From contig NW_027362771.1 in assembly GCF_046119375.1 (NCBI RefSeq), positions 559,736,001 to 559,800,000 on the forward strand: a stretch of 64,000 nucleotides of DNA, written 5' to 3'. This stretch comes from Phyllobates terribilis. Taxonomy: Eukaryota. Both the position numbers and the translations under genes were made by a program. Each line of letters begins with the position of its first letter. The stretch's first letter is position 1. The notes under the pieces are model-generated. The model ran no database searches. It was not told the origin of the DNA and worked only from the letters and a program-made list of their open reading frames with translations. Below, in pieces: positions 36,801 to 49,300 of the stretch.

Positions 36801-39800
36801 AGACACAGAAGTACAAGGTGTTCAGTGCTCAGAGACACGGCCGAGGTGAGGAGGCTGAGCCCGACCACCACTGAGCAAGACACAGAAGAACAAGGTGTTC
36901 AGTGCTCAGAGACATGGTCGAGGTGAGGAGGCTGAGCCCAACCACCACTGAGCAAGACACAGAAGTACAAGGTGTTCAGTGCTCAGAGACATGGCCGAGG
37001 TGAGGAGGCTGAGCCCAACCACCACTGAGCAAGACACAGAAGTACAAGGTGTTCAGTGCTCAGAGACACGGCTGAGGTAAGGAGGCTGAGCCCGACCACC
37101 ACTGAGCAAGACACAGAAGTACAAGGTGTTCAGTGCTCAGAGACACGGCTGAGGTGAGGAGGCTGAGCCCGACCACCACGGAGCAAGACACAGAAGTACA
37201 AGGTGTTCAGTGCTCAGAGACATGGTCGAGGTGAGGAGGCTGAGCCCGACCACCACTGAGCAAGACACAGAAGTACAAGGTATTCAGTGCCCAGAGACAT
37301 GGCCGAGGTGAGGAGGCTGAGCCCAACCACCACTGAGCAAGACACAGAAGTACAAGGTGTTCAGTGCTCAGAGACACGGCTGAGGTGAGGAGGCTGAGCC
37401 CGACCACCACTGAGCAAGACACAGAAGTACAAGGTGTTCAGTGCCCAGAGACACGGCCGAGGTGAGGAGGCTGAGCCCGACCACCACTGAGCAAGACACA
37501 GAAGTACAAGGTGTTCAGTGCTCAGAGACATGGCCGAGGTGAGGAGGCTGAGCCCGACCACCACGGAGCAAGACACAGAAGTACAAGGTGTTCAGTGCTC
37601 AGAGACATGGCCGAGGTGAGGAGGCTGAGCCCGACCACCACTGAGCAAGACACAGAAGTACAAGGTGTTCAGTGCTCAGAGACACGGCCGAGGTGAGGAG
37701 GCTGAGCCCGACCACCACTGAGCAAGACACAGAAGTACAAGGTGTTCAGTGCTCAGAGACATGGCCGAGGTGAGGAGGCTGAGCCCAACCACCACTGAGC
37801 AAGACACAGAAGTACAAGGTGTTCAGTGCTCAGAGACACGGCCGAGGTGAGGAGGCTGAGCCCGACCACCACTGAGCAAGACACAGAAGTACAAGGTGTT
37901 CAGTGCTCAGAGACATGGCCGAGGTGAGGAGGCTGAGCCCGACCACCACTGAGCAAGACACAGAAGTACAAGGTGTTCAGTGCTCAGAGACACGGCCGAG
38001 GTGAGGAGGCTGAGCCCGACCACCACTGAGCAAGACACAGAAGTACAAGGTGTTCAGTATTCAGAGACATGGCAGAGGTGAGGAGGCTGAGCCCGACCAC
38101 CACTGAGCAAGACACAGAAGAACAAGGTGTTCAGTGCTCAGAGACATGGCCGAGGTGAGGAGGCTGAGCCCGACCACCACTGAGCAAGACACAGAAGAAC
38201 AAGGTGTTCAGTATTCAGAGACATGGCAGAGGTGAGGAGGCTGAGCCCGACCACCACTGAGCAAGACACAGAAGTACAAGGTGTTCAGTGCTCAGAGACA
38301 TGGTCGAGGTGAGGAGGCTGAGCCCGACCACCACTGAGCAAGACACAGAAGTACAAGGTGTTCAGTGCTCAGAGACACGGCTGAGGTGAGGAGGCTGAGC
38401 CCGACCACCACTGAGCAAGACACAGAAGTACATGGTGTTCAGTGCTCAGAGACACGGCCGAGGTGAGGAGGCTGAGCCCGACCACCACTGAACAAGACAC
38501 AGAAGTACAAGGTGTTCAGTGCTCAGAGACATGGTCGAGGTGAGGAGGCTGAGCCCAACCACCACTGAGCAAGACACAGAAGTACAAGGTGTTCAGTGCT
38601 CAGAGACATGGCCGAGGTGAGGAGGCTGAGCCTGACCACCACTGAGCAAGACACAGAAGTACAAGGTGTTCAGTGCTCAGAGACATGGCCGAGGTGAGGA
38701 GGCTGAGCCCGACCACCACTGAGCAAGACACAGAAGTACAAGGTGTTCAGTGCTCACAGACATGGTCGAGGTGAGGAGGCTGAACCCAACCACCACTGAA
38801 CAAGACACAGAAGTACAAGGTGTTCAGTGCTCACAGACATGGTCGAGGTGAGGAGGCTGAACCCAACCACCACTGAACAAGACACAGAAGAGGAAACATC
38901 AAGACTGGGCCAAGAAATATCCGAAGGCAGGTTTTTCAAAGGTTTTATGGACTGATGTGATGAGAGTGACTCTTGGCGGACCAGATGGATTGGTCCATGG
39001 CTGGATAAGTAATGGGTAGAGACCTCCACTTCCACTCAGATGCCAAGGAGGTGGAGGTGGGTACTGCTATGGGTTGGTATTATTAAAGATGAGCTAGTTG
39101 GACGTTTCAGGTAGAAGATGGACTCAAAATCAACTCCCAAACCTACTGCCAGTTTTTAGAGGACACTTTCTTCAAGCAGTAGTACAGAAAAAAAGTCTGC
39201 GTCTTTCAAGAAATCCATGATATTTCTGCAGGACAACTCTCCATCGCATCATTGAAGTCTCCACTGCTCAGCTGCCAGTAACGGCCTTAACGATGAAAGA
39301 GTAATGGTCCGGGCCCGTTCCTCACCGCAACTAAACCCTACTGAGAACTTGTGGGACCTTCTTGAATGGGAGAATTACGATGAAGGGAAACAGTCACCTC
39401 TCTGAACAGTGTCTTGGACTGTGGTTGGTGCTGCCCAAAAAGTGGATCGTCAACAGATGAAGAAACTGGCAGACTCCATGGATGGAGCTTATGACTTATT
39501 GAGAAGAAGGGGCGGCTATGGTACTATATTAGTCACTAATATTTTTGCGACATGTCAGAAATATATTTTTGTAGATTTTGCATTGTTGGTTATTATTCTC
39601 ACTGTAATAGATGAACATAAACAATTGAGATGGAATTTTTTTTTTTTTTTTTAGTTTTTCATTTAGTTACATAATAATTCTGCACACAGATATTCTCCTA
39701 AAAAAGACAAAACCTCACTTTTACTTTTGTTAAATATTCAGGTTTCAGATTTATTAATCTTTGGGAATGACCGGCAGCGCTGGAGTTATTCAATAATAAT

Positions 39801-39848
39801 AAATTAATCATCAAAAATACAAATTGCCTGATAATTGTGCAGAAAGTG
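30882..39848 (+). mobile_element. Tc1-like transposon inflated to about 9 kb by an internal satellite
   Basis: TA|CACTGTGTGCAGAATTATT left end; ...TTGCCTGATAATTGTGCAGAAAGTG|TA right end, with an inner copy AATAATTCTGCACACAG near 39673. Degenerate transposase from ATGGGCCAAAAG at 31088 resumes after the array (AAGACTGGGCCAAGAAATATC...TTATGGACTGATG). Confidence 0.88.
31360..38890 (+). repeat. 77-bp tandem satellite, about 98 copies, about 7.5 kb
   Basis: Unit AGAAGTACAAGGTGTTCAGTGCTCAGAGACACGGCCGAGGTGAGGAGGCTGAGCCCGACCACCACTGAGCAAGACAC; starts at 31360, 31437, 31514, ... 38886. Confidence 0.98.
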
Positions 39849-40221
39849 TATACACAGGTGAGATGATAAAACTGAAAGGAAACACGAAGGAGACGGAGGT
39901 GGTTTGAGGATTTTACAATATCACGCAGTCCCATATGTACAAATTCCGATTACAATATTAACACGTATAGACGTGAAGGACGAGCCATCTACAAGGAGAG
40001 GACATCCCTCCCAGTTTATCAAGTCTTTTCTCCGATCGGATAAAATCTTCATTTATCTTAGTACTTAGAGCTCGCACTCAATAGACGGGCTATTGATCCA
40101 GAAGGTGATGCCACCATACTGGACAGTGGAGATCCACAAAGTGTCCATCACGATATCCAGACTAGGTGGGACATCACATGGGTTAAGGTTGGCCTGAAGA
40201 TGTATCAGGTCCTAAGACCCA

Positions 40222-40317
40222 TCACAATCCGGGTTCAGGAATCACGCTTGACTGCCTAGTCTTCGGAGGAGGTGTTGGTGGCTTTGCATCTTCTCTTTTC
40301 GGCAATAGTGGAGGTAT
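40222..40317 (-). CDS. DOCK5: DOCK5 terminal coding exon ([31 protein letters not shown])
   Basis: ctctag|...TTG TGA; resembles human LAPPLPVRREAKAPPPPPPKARKSGIPTSEPGSQ. Confidence 0.9.
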   Translation of the reverse strand: MPPLLPKREDAKPPTPPPKTRQSSVIPEPGL

Positions 40318-43300
40318 CTAGAGACCATCAGAAAGGACACAATGTAAAGTCTAAGTATCTGTATAGTAATAGTGGGATGGAAATATACAGTCACCTGGAA
40401 TAAGGTATGATCACTTACCTCTGTGGAAAGTCGCTGACTCCCCTCATTGGATCTGCTTTTAGGAGGTGGTGGAGGAGGTAACTCCATAATTTGTAAAGCA
40501 GCATCGCCATGAGTAGATAGTGATGGGAAACCTGATCGAGTAATGGATGATAAATCACATGAGGAAATAAAGCTTTATGTGGCATAAGGGGTAATGATTC
40601 TCCTTGTGGAGAATGACAAGCATGTCAGAGTGAGGAGGACTTATAAGCCACGCATGCTCCTCTGGGAAATTAAATATGCAAATTGTCTCTTCAGAGAGGA
40701 AAAGGACTAGAACTCTATTGCCACTTAGTGGAATCAGCGACCTTAAAAATCATTATTGACTCTTTAAAGAGCCTTGTAATATGACTTGGGATAAAAGCCA
40801 AATCAGAATCTCAACTTGCAGACACGGTGTTTCGGGGTGTTGCCCCTCATCAGTGCAAAGTATGAGATCTGATTTCGCTAGATGAGAGGCTCTGGACTGG
40901 GATCTAAAGCCCCCGTCTCACATAGAGAGATCGCTAGCGAGATCGCTGCTGAGTCACGGTTTTGGTGACTCACCAGCGACCTCACCAGCGATGTCTCTAT
41001 GTGTGACACTTTGCAGCGATCAGGCCCCTGCTGTGAGGTCGCTGATCGCTGCAAAGTGTCCTGGACCATTTTTTGGTCGTTGCCCTCCCGCTGGTCAGCA
41101 CACATCGCTGTGTGTGACCAGCGGGAGCAGCGATCAGGCTGGTAACCATGGTAAACATCGGGTTACTAGGGGCACACGCGCACCTAGTAACCCGTTGTTT
41201 ATCATGGTTACGAGCCAGCTAAAGTGAGCGGTAACCTCCCGCTCACTGTAGCAGAGTGGTAACCATGATAAACAACGGGTTACTAGGTGAACGTGTGCCC
41301 CTAGTAACCCGATGTTTACCTTGGTTACCAGCCTGCTCCTGCTTCAGCAGGCTGGTAACCAGGAGCAGGACATCGTGGAAAGATTCTTTCCACGATGTCG
41401 CTGCTCCCCTGATCGCTGGTGAGCCTGCCTGTTTGACAGCTCACCAGCGACCACATAGCGACGCAGCAACGATCCCTGACAGGTCGTATCGTTGTCGGGA
41501 TCGTTGCAGCGTTGCTAAGTGTGACGGGGCCTTAAGGGGTAACGTTTCTCCTTGTGGAGAGTGACAAGCCAGGACTGGAATGTCAGAGAGAGGAGACTTA
41601 TAAGCCATGCATGCTTCTCTGGGAAATAAAATATGCAAATTGTCTCTTAGGACTAGAACTCTAGCGCCACCTATTGGAAGCAGAAATTTAAAATCTCTTT
41701 CGTAGCCTTCATTGGGGGACACAGGAACCATGGGTTGATAAGCTGCCACCTGGAGGCTGACACTAAGAATACATCTTAGAACAAAAAAAGCTAACTCCAC
41801 CTCAACAGCCGACACACAGTTACACAGTTAGAGCAAAAGAAATAGAAGGAGCAAAAACAAAACCCCCCCCACCTCAAACAAGTGAGGGTGTCGTGTCCCT
41901 CAATGAAGGCTACGAGAAAGATTTTACAGTGAATACCAAAAATCTTTGTCAGTCATTTCATTGGGGGACACCGGAACCCTGGGATGTCCTAAAGCTGTCC
42001 CTGGGGTGAAAAACCTAACACCAGTACTGCAGAAGGAAGAATAGCAATCCCTCAGGTTACAATCTGGGTAACTGCCGCTTGTAGCACCCTTCTGCTAAGA
42101 CCTATCCCTGGACATAAAGGTAAGAGCTCCACAAAGATGTGGACAGAAGACTAAGTCGTGGCCTAATGGAATAGAAGAACAGACGCCTGGAGGCGTAAGA
42201 CCCAGGAGGCTTCTACCCTGTGGAGAGAGACAGCAGTGCCCTTGCGGGGGCACCCTGGCTTAGCTTGGCCTTCCACAGTGTTAGATCGACACCAGAGGCG
42301 AATGGTAGCCTTAGAGGCAGTTTGACATCCGCCAGAGCATACTGGGATGACCCACAAGGCATCGGCACGTCCAAACAGAGATGTGAGAGACAGGTAGAGC
42401 TGCACAGCCCTGACTACGTCAGATTTTGTAAGAGTCTCTCCAAGTGCCTAAAGGAAGGAGAGCAATCTCCTCATTAAGGTGGAAAGTGGAGAATCACACT
42501 AAGGAGAAAGGAGTTAGACTAATCCAGGCTAAGACTGGTCTGCTACTCAGATCTGTGTCTGCCTCCGAATGACACTAAACTAAACAACTGGATGTCGGCT
42601 GCCCAGGTGTAGCCTGGTGAGTAGGAGTTAAGATGTATTCTTAGTGTCAGTCTCCAGGCGGTAGCATATTAACCCATGGTTCCTTTGTCAACTAATGAAG
42701 CGACCGAGAAAAGCAAACAGATTCCCAGGAAAGATGCTGAATCTCCTTGTGAGTTTTCAGGGTAATGCCTCCTGGAAGAAGGTATGCAAAATAGCTCTCC
42801 TCCAGGAGAAAGAAAGCTCGGTCTAGTGTCTTTCTAGGAGGCCTTGCACAGCCTGTCTCCTGCTCCAATGGGCAAAAAACTCTCCGATTCTGGCAGTCAT
42901 GATCAATGGGGGACTCCCTCCATTGATCAGGTCACTGGGTTTCTGGGTGATACGATCAGGACCTGAAGATCCCTTGGAATAGATATCCAAGAGTTTCGGC
43001 AGACAGTCTAATGAGTAGAGGGCTTCCCGGAGATGATGGCAGGGGGGTAAAAGGTTCCGGCATGTCCTATCCTTTTGATCTCTAAGATGAGCAAGCGTTT
43101 CTGTATAAGGAGGAGTCCGGAGAAATAGCAGACAGCCGAACCATCATTTGGCTGACAGATAACTAAAGAGTAGGGGGCACAAAAAAAAATACACGGCAGA
43201 ATAGAAACATAAAAAATAAAAGTTCAAAAGAAATTTCAATAAATGCTAACATTTATTATACAGTCAAGGTTCTTGCACGTAGGAAAAAAAACTATATTGT

Positions 43301-46300
43301 CCATCTTAGCTATTCACATGACCACAATAACCTGAAAATCTTATTTATCAGGTTATTTAGTGTGAAATGCAAACAGTACAAAAAATGCAATAAAAAAAAA
43401 CCCAGAACATTGATGAAAATTGTCTTTTCTACATCCATGCCACAAAAAAATAGTGATTCAACAAGGCCAAAATAGCATGGTCATTAAGGGGTGAACCCAG
43501 TTCTCGATTTAAAGGCCTTCTATGGTATAATACATGGACATTCTCTGGAGCCAGAGTGACTCTTGAAGAAGTCCTAAAAAAAAAGTAAAAATTAAAAAAA
43601 GTATGAAAGTCCGATTGTCCTATACTTACTATGGGTTCTTGGAGTTTGGGGAGTGATCGGGGAAGGAATAAGAGGCGTTATCCCTGGATTTGTGGAGCTG
43701 CTGTGGAGGGTGAGACGGTTATCCGAAAGCTGAAGGCTCTTTGGTCGCGTTTTGGCAGACAAGCTCTGGGAATACATTGGAACCAGAACAGAGTAGATAA
43801 AGTAGATGAGGTGGCAATAAACTTGACATGACCCATGATCGATCCTGTTGACCTAGCCCAGATCTCCTGTCGCACACAATCCCGTCACTTCTCACCTCTT
43901 TTTCCCCCGGGCGCTCTGTGATGGTTTGAGATTGGCTGACGTTTCGCTTCAGTTTCATTGGTCTGATATCACCGTCGTCTCGGTCGTTGTGTTCTTCATG
44001 CCGGGAGATGAGGGATCCACGACGAGGAGGTACAGGTTCTGGAAGTGACCTAAGAACAAGTGGGGAATTCTTTAAATATGGAGAGGTCAACCTGGTAATC
44101 ACTCAATGTCAAGCAGCTGCTGCAAAAGCAAGCATTATTTTAGGAGATGTGTTTTTCAACCTAGGTAACTATGTAAGATCAAAATGTAATATTACCCCAC
44201 TATAAACCCCTTTAAGATCCAAATGCTGGGCCCTACCCCTAAGCTGTTGTGTTCTGGCACAGAATACTGTAAATTCCCTAATTCCTTATTGCAGGATCCC
44301 TGTTGTCCATGGCAAAACAAAACGATAGTGGTCTTTGCAACCATGAAGCTCAAGACGTTGGCAATTATGTGACTTACCCATGGGACTGCTTCCAAACCAG
44401 CAACGTCTTCTGTGAAGGCAATGCATGTGCAGATGTGGGAGATTTTGCTGGAGTCTCCATATATGCATTAAAACCATCTCAGTCAGCCAATCAAATCAAT
44501 TTTCTCTACTAACAAGAATCAAAAACCTACCCTTCCGAGCCCGGTCTGGAGCTCCCGCTTCCTGAAGAAGAAGAGGAAGACACAGTAGACAACCTTCTTA
44601 GAGTGGCAGATGTGATATATGGAACAACCACAGAGCCGGCACGACTCAGTTTCCTGTCTGTGAGGCTGGAAGGCTGAAGTAGAGTAAGGAATAGTTGTCT
44701 TAGACTATTATGGTCCATTCTGATGTTTCTCCAACGTTCCAGAATCTACTGGACTCTTACCAAAGTGATTGTCCCATACAGTTTTTCCACCTTTCTCCTC
44801 AGGTTCTGGAAACAGGACACAAGTCTCTCATGAAGAGGCCGGAGGTTCTCGGTCAACTTCTCTCCATGGATCCTGATTCCTTGAGCCAGAAGAGGCATCT
44901 GGATGGAGACAAAGCAGAAGAAAAGACATAAAAATTGAATGATACAGTGAGTAGAATGAAAAAATGATAAAATTGATCCCAAAAAAGTGTAGGCCAAGAC
45001 GTGTAGTGTCATCTCCTGTCGACACCACCTGGATTCGTACCTGCAGAGCAATCAGCTGTTTAAGAAGCTCAATCTTGTCCTGGTCTCCAGGATGTTCTTG
45101 CAGGTAGCGCTCCGTAAAGAAAGCCTATGAGAGATGAGGAGGTGTAATCAGTAATGGCTTGTGAAGAAACAGGACAGAGGAGGACATACAAGAGCTCTCC
45201 AAATTTCAAGATTGCAGAAGTGCAACCTGTTTACATAAAAGTAATAATCTGCATAAAACGTTGAGTCACTTTGTAAATACATTATTTTTCTGCGAGGGTC
45301 AGGATTTACAAGCCTGTAATGTACTCCAGAGCTGAATTCACAATTCTGCAAATTTCTGAGCTGAAATCTCCCAGAAGTTTATACTGAGTTTGTTCTGGTG
45401 ATATGCCTTCTAAGAACCAAGCCCTGAACCTGTCCGGCTGGATTACAGTGGTTGAGGGCAGCTGTTTGGAATGTGTTTAACGAGCTTGAGTCCAATAACA
45501 ATGAGCAGAACACGGAGTGCAGCTCTGGAGTATAAGAGATTGGTCACCTGTAAAGATTTGCCCTTAAAAAATGCCATAGAAAATAAAGAGAAAGCTGCAA
45601 GGTAATTCACAGTGGTTATTCAGTAACAATAAAAAAATTATATGTACTAGCTACTGAACCCGTTCTAAGCCCGGGTGGCGAGCATTTTTATTGGTATATG
45701 GTCTCCCATGCTGGTATGTGCTGCTCCCCTCCTGGTATTTGTGCTGCCCCCATCCTATCCCTACCATCCTATCCTGGTATGCATAGCACCCCTCACCCAC
45801 AATCCCGGTATGCGTGGCACCCCTCACCCACAATCCCGGTATGCGTGGCACCCCTCGTCCCCAATCCCGGTATGCGTGGCACCCCTCGTCCCCAATCCCG
45901 GTATGCCTGGCACCCCTCGTCCCCAATCCCGGTATGCCTGGCACCCCTCGTCCCCAATCCCGGTATGCCTGGCACCCCTCGTCCCCAATCCCGGTATGCC
46001 TGGCACCCCTCGTCCCCAATCCCGGTATGCCTGGCACCCCTCGTCCCCAATCCCGGTATGCCTGGCACCCCTCGTCCCCAATCCCGGTATGCCTGGCACC
46101 CCTCGTCCCCAATCCCGGTATGCCTGGCACCCCTCGTCCCCAATCCCGGTATGCCTGGCACCCCTCGTCCCCAATCCCGGTATGCCTGGCACCCCTCGTC
46201 CCCAATCCCGGTATGCCTGGCACCCCTCGTCCCCAATCCCGGTATGCCTGGCACCCCTCGTCCCCAATCCCGGTATGCCTGGCACCCCTCGTCCCCAATC

Positions 46301-49300
46301 CCGGTATGCCTGGCACCCCTCGTCCCCAATTCCGGTATGCCTGGCACCCCTCGTCCCCAATTCCGGTATGCCTGGCACCCCTCGTCCCCAATCCCGGTAT
46401 GCCTGGCACCCCTCGTCCCCAATCCCGGTATGCCTGGCACCCCTCGTCCCCAATCCCGGTATGCCTGGCACCCCTCGTCCCCAATCCCGGTATGCCTGGC
46501 ACCCCTCGTCCCCAATCCCGGTATGCATGGCACTCCTCGTCCCCAATCCCGGTATGCATGGCATTCCTCGTCCCCAATCCCGGTATGCATGGCACCCCTC
46601 ACCCCCCCAATCCTAGTATGCGTGGCCCCCTCATCCCCCAATCCTGGTATGCGTGGCCCCCTCACCCCGCAATCCTGGTATGCGTGGCCCCCTCACCCCG
46701 CAATCCTGGTATGCGTGGCCCCCTCACCCCGCAATCCTGGTATGTGTGGCCCCCTCATCCCTTTCACACTGTACACACATACAAAAAAATTAATAGTTAT
46801 ACTTACCTTTCTTCTCTGTGCTCCAGTGCTGCGGAGGAGGAGTACGGCTCCGGAGCACCGCGCTGTCCGGCGCCATTTTGCTGAAGACACAAATGGCGCC
46901 GGATAGCGTTATGCGCATGCGCCAATCCGACGCCTCACTCCTGTCCCGGTCTCCGGCGAAGAATGGCGCTGCGGCAACGCTCCTCCCGGTCAGGTAAATA
47001 TGGTGCTGGAGATCGCGGTATGCGTTCAGTGTCTACGCATACTGCGATCTCTGGCGCCATACACACTGCTCTTACCTGTAATGGCTGGATAAGTTCTTCT
47101 GTCTGGAGCCAGACTGTGGATCACGCATGCACAGTCTATGGAGGCTTCAGACAGAGACACGTATCCCCGGTTATATTATAGATGCACACCTCATGTGGCA
47201 CTGCTAGCTTGGCCCCAAGTTAGTCTCTTTATATAGGCCACGAGCAATGATATCCCATTATATTTGACCGCTGCAACAAAAGACAGTGTACAAAGACCAG
47301 AGGGGGACCATGGACCTGCCATCTCGAAATCTGGACAGGAAATCCACAACAATTCTGGTATATGTGAACATATCCTTTAACATGTAATAACCCAGTATCT
47401 GTACAGGATATGTACTGTATGTACCAGAACAATAGTGAGTGCAGCTCTGGAGTATAATACAGGATAAGTAATATAATGTATGTACACAGTGACTGCACCA
47501 GCAGAATAGTGAGTGCAGCTCTGGGGTATGATACAGGATGTAACTCAGGATCAGTAATGTAATGTATGTACACAGTGACTGCACCAGCAGAATAGTGAGT
47601 GCAGCTCTGGGGTATAATACAGGATGTAACTCAGGATCAGTAATGTATGTACACAGTGATTCCACCAGCAGAATAGTGAGTGCAGCTCTGGAACATGATG
47701 CAGCTCAGGATCAATAACAATCAGTATAATATTTTACAATCAGAGTAATATTTTATAAGTGGAAGAACAATTTCTGGGTAGAGAAATGTAAGAGCATGGT
47801 TCCACTGGTGATATCAGAGCCTATACCCGAGTGACGATTATGGATAACCCCTCCTGTCACCAGGCTCAGCCCCCACAATACTGCACACGGATATTGTTGG
47901 CACATGGGGAACACGCAGAGATTGAGATGTTGATGGCTGTTACCACCTTTTCATAGTTGGAGAATCCGCCCATGACGGCAGGGTCCACGATCCCATTGAG
48001 CAGCATGGAGAGCGGGTGCAGGGGCAGGCCGGGGTCCGCACGGTGCTGCTGGACCTGGTGACTGATCTTCTCATTCGTCAGTTCCATGGTCTCGATGGCG
48101 TTCTGTAATGGGCTGATCTCCTCCTGTGGGAATATCAGAAACATGGCCGCTTGCATCAGTCGCACTGAGGGTCTCCCCTCTGGTACACCACGGCTGATTT
48201 ACACTCTGAAGACTGTTTAGGACCCCCCCCCCCCCAGAAGTTGTCCTGCCGAGAGCAGCGTCCGCTATGGACAGGTTTGCTGCCTGTGAATGGAAACAGC
48301 TGTGTTCTCATTCACTGACACCAAACATGTCTGCAAAAGAGTGAAGAAATCAGGTTTCAAGATGGACCAATATATTTTTATATCCTCGCTGAGAATGTAA
48401 TGTGAGGACATATTCGTTCGTCTCCTTACTGTGTGCAAATGCTTTACTTCAAACCACTTCAGCATGCCGGGCAGCTTGTACGCGGTGGTGAACGTTGTCC
48501 TCTCGATCCACATGGTCTGTGGGGTAAAGAAGGGGGCCAGCATGGCAGGCGTTAATCAGGCGGTCACGTGTCAGCAGAGAACAGCAGTATATAATGATAG
48601 CCCGAAGTACCGCGCCCCCAAAAGAGGTTCTACGCTGGCCGCCAGAGTCAGCAAAGGGGGCACGCCAGCCGCCACAGGTCAAAAGAGGGGGCAGGCCGGC
48701 CGCCACAGTCAATAGAGGGTGCAATCTGGCCACCACAGTCAATAGAAGGTGCAATCTGACCGCCATAATCAATAGAGGGAGCACGCTGTCCACCACAGTC
48801 AATAGAGGGGGCACACTGACCATCACAATCAATAGAGGGGCACTCTGGCCGCCACAGTCAATAGAGGGGGCAATTCGGCTGCCACAGGTCAATAGAGGGG
48901 ACACGCTGGCTGCCACAGTCAATAGAGGGGGCTACCCAACTGCCACAGGTCAATACAGGGGGCACGCCGGCCGCCACGTGTCAGCAGAGAACAGAAGTAT
49001 ACATTGATAGAAATGTCACATCAGCCCAAAGTACCGCGCCCCCAAAAGAGGTTCTATGCCGGCAGCCACAGTCAGCAAAGGGGGCACGCCGGCCACCACA
49101 GGTCAATAGACGGGCCAACCCAACTGACAGAGGTCAATACAGGGGGCACGCCAGCCGCCACTGTCAATAGAGGGTGCAATCTGACCGCCAAAATCAATAG
49201 AGGGGGCACACTAACCATCACAATCAATAGAGGGGGCAATCTGGCCGCCATAATCAATAGAGGGGGCACTCTGGCCGCCACAGTCAATAGAGGGGGCAAT

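Noticed and set aside
31360-38890. 77-bp array as a CRISPR array
   Set aside because: Units are contiguous and near-identical with no unique spacers, there are no cas genes, the context is eukaryotic, and the unit derives from Tc1 transposase sequence.
44095-44160. [14 protein letters not shown] peptide as a DOCK5 exon
   Set aside because: It is on the wrong strand for DOCK5 and resembles the C-terminal RT motif of CR1-type LINEs; too short to annotate confidently.
45651-46906. Six long ORFs (246-402 aa) as novel proteins
   Set aside because: They result from a stop-free 31-bp minisatellite in a DOCK5 intron, with no splice or codon evidence. Kept only as a repeat observation.
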